A stretch of DNA of 64,000 bases from an uncultured virus (IMG/VR IMGVR_UViG_2724679122_000005) (taxonomy: Duplodnaviria > Heunggongvirae > Uroviricota > Caudoviricetes). The position numbers and the translations under genes are program-made. The stretch is taken from the IMG/VR virus record IMGVR_UViG_2724679122_000005; one strand, 5' to 3'. Under the pieces are notes generated by a model, which worked only from the letters and a program-made list of their open reading frames with translations, ran no database searches and was not told the origin of the DNA. Below are positions 60,255-64,000 of this stretch, piece by piece (position 1 is the first letter of the stretch; each line of letters starts with the position of its first letter).

Positions 60255-60344
60255 TAATTTGAACCCTTTTCGGAGGGTTCATTTTCATAATATTTAAATT
60301 TCAAGGTGATAGAGTCTGTTGGCATTAAAATTGATGGTTAAGAC

Positions 60345-60932
60345 ATGAAAAAAATAATTGTAATTTCTACAACACTTTTAGGCCTTACGGGATGTGCCAT
60401 TCCTGCGGTAAATAATCTCGTAAGATCCACAAATATGTATCAGGATGATGTTTCGGGAAATACTGCAAATTTAAGGGTTTATAGAAGTAATATTCCCATG
60501 GTGCAGTTCTATATTACTTATCAAAATAATGAGGGTGAAAAAATTTCAAAAAACCTAATAACTAAGCAGATTTCAAATAATTTAACAAAGTATGGCTCTA
60601 TGCATGAGCCCAAAAAATTAAATATGCCTAAACCCACAATCAGTTTAAATAATGGTGAAGAGTTTTTTGAGTTTAAAGTACCCGCAAATAAGAAGTTAAC
60701 TTTCAGGCTTACTTCTGTTATTGGGTCAACTACTATGTATAGTTGTGATGTAAAAATGGACTATCAGTTGGAAAGAAATGGAAATTATGAATTGATCCGT
60801 TTAAAACAGATCAAAGATTTTGTGAATCCAGCTTTACTGACTGAACCATCTCAAGATGAAGCCTACTGCAAGTTTGTAGTAAAAGAGATTTTTGAAGATG
60901 GTAAAGAAACTATTATTAAATCGATTTCTTAA
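60345..60932 (+). CDS. Moron lipoprotein
   Basis: GLTGC lipobox; flanked by terminator hairpins. Confidence 0.8.
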   Translation: MKKIIVISTTLLGLTGCAIPAVNNLVRSTNMYQDDVSGNTANLRVYRSNIPMVQFYITYQNNEGEKISKNLITKQISNNLTKYGSMHEPKKLNMPKPTISLNNGEEFFEFKVPANKKLTFRLTSVIGSTTMYSCDVKMDYQLERNGNYELIRLKQIKDFVNPALLTEPSQDEAYCKFVVKEIFEDGKETIIKSIS

Positions 60933-61024
60933 TGTTAAATCGTTTTTGTAATTAATTTAAATATCTAAACCTTATTTCATCAAACCACCTTTCGGGGTGG
61001 TTTTTTATTACCTGAAGGAAAGTT

Positions 61025-61423
61025 ATGTACAAGTTAAAGCTAAATCCTCAGACCAGCGGCTATGGCGTAACACCGGGTGATGATGTGAAACGTCAGCAGA
61101 TGGATGGCGGTCGTGGTCGCTATTACATCGATGTGAAACGTAACAGCCACATTGTTGATGTGAACTGGAACTTAAGTAAAACCGATTTCAATAAAATGAT
61201 GGCTTTCTGGCGGGTCTACCAGAACAAACCAGCCTCATTTTATGCGGATTTGGTGATTGATCAGGGAACACGTCAGCAATATCTATGCAATTTCATTCCA
61301 AACTCGTTCAAGACCAATGAAGTCAACGGCAACTTATATCGTGTGAACGCGCAGCTCGAAGTTGTTCAAAACCAGCCTAACCTGAATGCCGATATAGCAT
61401 TAATTAAAGATTGGGAGGTCTAA
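61025..61423 (+). CDS. Distal/minor tail protein
   Basis: Position after tape measure; MDGGRGRY. Confidence 0.65.
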   Translation: MYKLKLNPQTSGYGVTPGDDVKRQQMDGGRGRYYIDVKRNSHIVDVNWNLSKTDFNKMMAFWRVYQNKPASFYADLVIDQGTRQQYLCNFIPNSFKTNEVNGNLYRVNAQLEVVQNQPNLNADIALIKDWEV

Positions 61424-61929
61424 TGGATAACGAATATGCCAAGTTCTTTTTCAATCGGAAAGTTGATGTCTATCAACTGGAGTGTATTGAGCTATCACAT
61501 CCTTCTTTTATGAATACTTATCGGGTAGTCCGTAATGATGACCGAGGTGTCTATGTACAACATAAGGAAGGATCCGGTCAGGTCTATTATGAGTTCTTGC
61601 CAGTCTCTATACAAAGATCCGGAATGCTTGGTGATCTGGACCAGACATTAACCGTTTCTATCTCTGGTCTAGGTGATGTGATGCCTGATGAGTTTGAACG
61701 GGTAATCGAAGGGCAATATCCAGATGTAAAGCCAACCGTAAATTACCGGATTTACAGTTCAGACAATCTGAACTCTCCAATGTTTTATTTACTTGGACTG
61801 CAACTCTCAAGTGTCGCCATGAACCATAAAGCTGTGACATTCAAGGCTGAATCACCACGATTAAATACCACTAAAACTGGGGACATTTTTGCACTGGATC
61901 GCTTTAGTGGTTTGAAGGGGGCTATATGA
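61423..61929 (+). CDS. DUF1833-like tail tip protein
   Basis: LECIELSHPSF..YRVVRN. Confidence 0.75.
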   Translation: MDNEYAKFFFNRKVDVYQLECIELSHPSFMNTYRVVRNDDRGVYVQHKEGSGQVYYEFLPVSIQRSGMLGDLDQTLTVSISGLGDVMPDEFERVIEGQYPDVKPTVNYRIYSSDNLNSPMFYLLGLQLSSVAMNHKAVTFKAESPRLNTTKTGDIFALDRFSGLKGAI

Positions 61930-62288
61930 AAAGTCATGATCATTTGCTCGATAGGCAATATGACGAGGATCACTACAACTGTGTTCACTTTGTTCATGAA
62001 GCTGCAATGGACCTATATGGCATAGATCGGGCTGAAGCGCTTGAACTCTTTATGCAGCCTAAGGGCAAAATTACTTTTTTATCTTCACGGTTAAAACTTT
62101 TAAATCCGCTACCCATGCCCAAGGAAGGCTGCATAGTCGCCTTCCATCCGAGACAAAGAAATAAGCCCCCGCATGTGGGGCTTTTTCGTGGGCAAAAGAT
62201 TCTTCACCTCATGGAAAGCGGAGTCACTTATTTGCCTGAAGAGGTTGTGATGGAAATGGGGTTTAATCGGGTCAGTTATTATGATTAA
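61926..62288 (+). CDS. NlpC/P60-like tail protein
   Basis: YNCVHFV, HVGL, ILH. Confidence 0.8.
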   Translation: MKSHDHLLDRQYDEDHYNCVHFVHEAAMDLYGIDRAEALELFMQPKGKITFLSSRLKLLNPLPMPKEGCIVAFHPRQRNKPPHVGLFRGQKILHLMESGVTYLPEEVVMEMGFNRVSYYD

Positions 62289-62909
62289 AGTTATTTATAA
62301 AAAAAGACGCTTTGTCTGAAGAAAAGACAATTGAGCAGGCTCAAACCATTGGGCAATGGCTCACTTCAAAATATGAACATATGCCTGAGCATGTCCGTAT
62401 CTTTCATACTACAAGCAATATGGATCATGCCGAAATTTCATTTGCGAATGAAGTCACACCAAAGAATGCATATGACTTAAAGCAGCTTGATTTCTTACCG
62501 GGCACTTTTATCGTAGTTGAGAACCCTAAATGGGTCGCGGCTATTGTTTCGATTGTGATTAGTATTGCGATCGCATTTTTAATGCCAACGCCATCAATAG
62601 CACAAACGACTCAAAATACTAACCAGTCTTCTTCAGCAAACAATGAACTTTCTAACCGGGAAAACAAGATCCGGGTGAATGGTCGTATTGCTGATAACTA
62701 TGGAGCTGGGTGGAATACTCCCGACCTAATCGCAGTACCTTACAAGGTATATGAAAACAACGTTGAAGTTGAGCATGTAGTGGGCTGTATTGGGCGTGGA
62801 CACTATAAAATCAATAGAGCTTATGACGGTGAAACCAATATTGTCGATATTGCTGGCGCATCGGTAGAAGTCTTTCGACCAGGTGTAGATATTGTTTCAG
62901 GTTAACCAT
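62281..62909 (+). CDS. Central tail/host-specificity protein (5' part)
   Basis: NKIRVNGRIADNYG..PDL..GRGHY. Confidence 0.7.
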
Positions 62910-63009
62910 NNNNNNNNNNNNNNNNNNNNNNNNNNNNNNNNNNNNNNNNNNNNNNNNNNNNNNNNNNNNNNNNNNNNNNNNNNNNNNNNNNNNNNNNNNN
63001 NNNNNNNNN

Positions 63010-63064
63010 GTTATCGGGATAGTCTCTCAGAATATTGACTCTCCGACAAACCCGGTACGGTTCA
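63010..63064 (-). mobile_element. Terminal end of an IS3-family insertion sequence
   Basis: Reverse complement TGAACCGTACCGGGTTTGTCGGAGAGTC..., a TG-start IR typical of IS3/IS51-group elements; replaces tape-measure sequence. Confidence 0.7.
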
Positions 63065-63578
63065 TAGTGTCATGCGCCGTGCAATGATGAGCTCTAGTGC
63101 CTTTATAGAAAGCCAAAAGCAAGCTGACATCTTTAATCAACCGGTTCAAGATACTCAGATTATCTATAAAGGTAATAGAGACACACCTAAGTTAGCGTCT
63201 TCGGCAAATTCCGACTTATTCCATGATGGCAAGGTCTACTTCTCATCTAATGGTTTAGTTCAGGATCGTTCAAATCTGGATGATGTTCAGGATTTTACTT
63301 TAGGACGTACTTCACGCCCTCAAGCTGAAATTATGCCTTCAATTGAGCCTGCTTCACCGACAATCAATTTTAAAATTGAAGTGATTAATCAGGTGAGTGG
63401 TGCGACAGTTGAAGCCGAACAACTGGATGAGCAAACTGTCCGGATCATTGTTAAAGATGAATTGGATAAGCAGCTTCCAAGAACGGTACCTAAGCTTGTA
63501 AGTGATCAAATCGCAAATCCAAACTCAACCATTAGTCGGTCTTTGACTGAGAATACGACAGCAAGACGGAATCGTTAA
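63065..63578 (+). pseudogene. 3' end of a second tape measure gene, downstream of the IS end
   Basis: Near-identical to 59738-60254. Confidence 0.75.
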
Positions 63579-63653
63579 TTTAAAAGCTACCTTTAGAGGT
63601 AGCTTTTTTAAATAAATTAGGACAAAATTTCAAAAAAATTGGTGAATATTCTT

Positions 63654-64000
63654 ATGCTTCCTCCAGTTCCTAAAACTAAGTCATCAGAAGTAACCGATAT
63701 TATTAACTCTGCTGTTCCTACTGGATCGATAAGTGAATTTCAGTATTTTAGATGTAAACGGTTGCTTAATGATATTAAAGAAACTGAGCCATTAGATTGG
63801 TTTTTATTAAGCAATAGTATTATTGAAATGTATTTTGATAATCCTGTTCTTGCGCATCAATACGCTCGAGAAGTACTGAAAATTAGCAATAGTGTATCGA
63901 TTTTATCGAATCTTTATTTTGTTTTTCTTAGCTCAGTAGATTTTTCTGGCGCTAATGAAAATATTGATAAAATTATTAGTTTGTGTAGTAAACAAAATTT
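63654..64000 (+). CDS. Moron protein (helical; runs off window)
   Basis: MLPPVPKTKSSEVTDIIN..., open to window end. Confidence 0.6.
   Translation, partial: MLPPVPKTKSSEVTDIINSAVPTGSISEFQYFRCKRLLNDIKETEPLDWFLLSNSIIEMYFDNPVLAHQYAREVLKISNSVSILSNLYFVFLSSVDFSGANENIDKIISLCSKQN

Noticed and set aside
242..62310. Numerous frameshifts (cI, terL, portal, initiator, fibre, cassette genes) as pseudogenes or phase variation
   Set aside because: Nearly all are +/-1 changes in homopolymer runs, including in essential genes, and intact paralogs exist in the window. This is typical of 454 or Ion Torrent error.
59738..63578. Repeated tape-measure 3' end as a diversity-generating retroelement template or invertible cassette
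   Set aside because: Differences are not adenine-specific, no reverse transcriptase or invertase is present, and the copy is on another contig.
1331..64000. One giant prophage with four immunity regions
   Set aside because: Each module sits on its own contig between fixed 100-N gaps, with redundant paralogous genes. The order probably reflects scaffolding against a reference.
1..64000. Integrase, holin/endolysin, tRNA, rRNA or resistance genes
   Set aside because: None recognised in this window; they may lie in gaps or outside it.

Overview
This is a draft-assembly scaffold of ten contigs joined by 100-N gaps (6242-6341, 9020-9119, 16485-16584, 22439-22538, 28758-28857, 39706-39805, 48482-48581, 53270-53369, 62910-63009). 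It is almost entirely lambdoid, siphovirus-type prophage DNA from an AT-rich host, most likely Acinetobacter baumannii (inferred from gene content). It is not one phage: it stacks fragments of at least four co-resident prophages. There are four cI/cro immunity regions, each with its own operator palindrome, several replication modules (one with its own DnaB), two xis-adjacent att arms (one at the 3' end of the 6S RNA gene), one packaging module, two unrelated capsid modules on near-identical neck genes, and one tail module. A second tape-measure gene is interrupted by an IS3-like end. Many ORFs are split at homopolymers, which I treat as sequencing error. Highlights: (1) a three-gene cassette (71 aa, ~335 aa soluble, 167 aa multi-pass membrane) sits in the lambda rexAB position behind two unrelated cI genes and is absent behind the other two, making it a candidate undescribed lysogen-expressed anti-phage system; (2) a swappable one-gene slot before the scaffold gene holds either a Gp49/Gp66-type protein or a helical-hairpin protein, both resembling nucleotide-signal sponge (anti-defence) families; (3) a duplicated promoter-sRNA-terminator unit; (4) repeated-loop hairpins over both scaffold ribosome-binding sites; (5) a circularly permuted M23 domain in the tape measure protein; (6) a type II toxin-antitoxin moron. 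Family names come from motif recognition by eye; no database searches were run.
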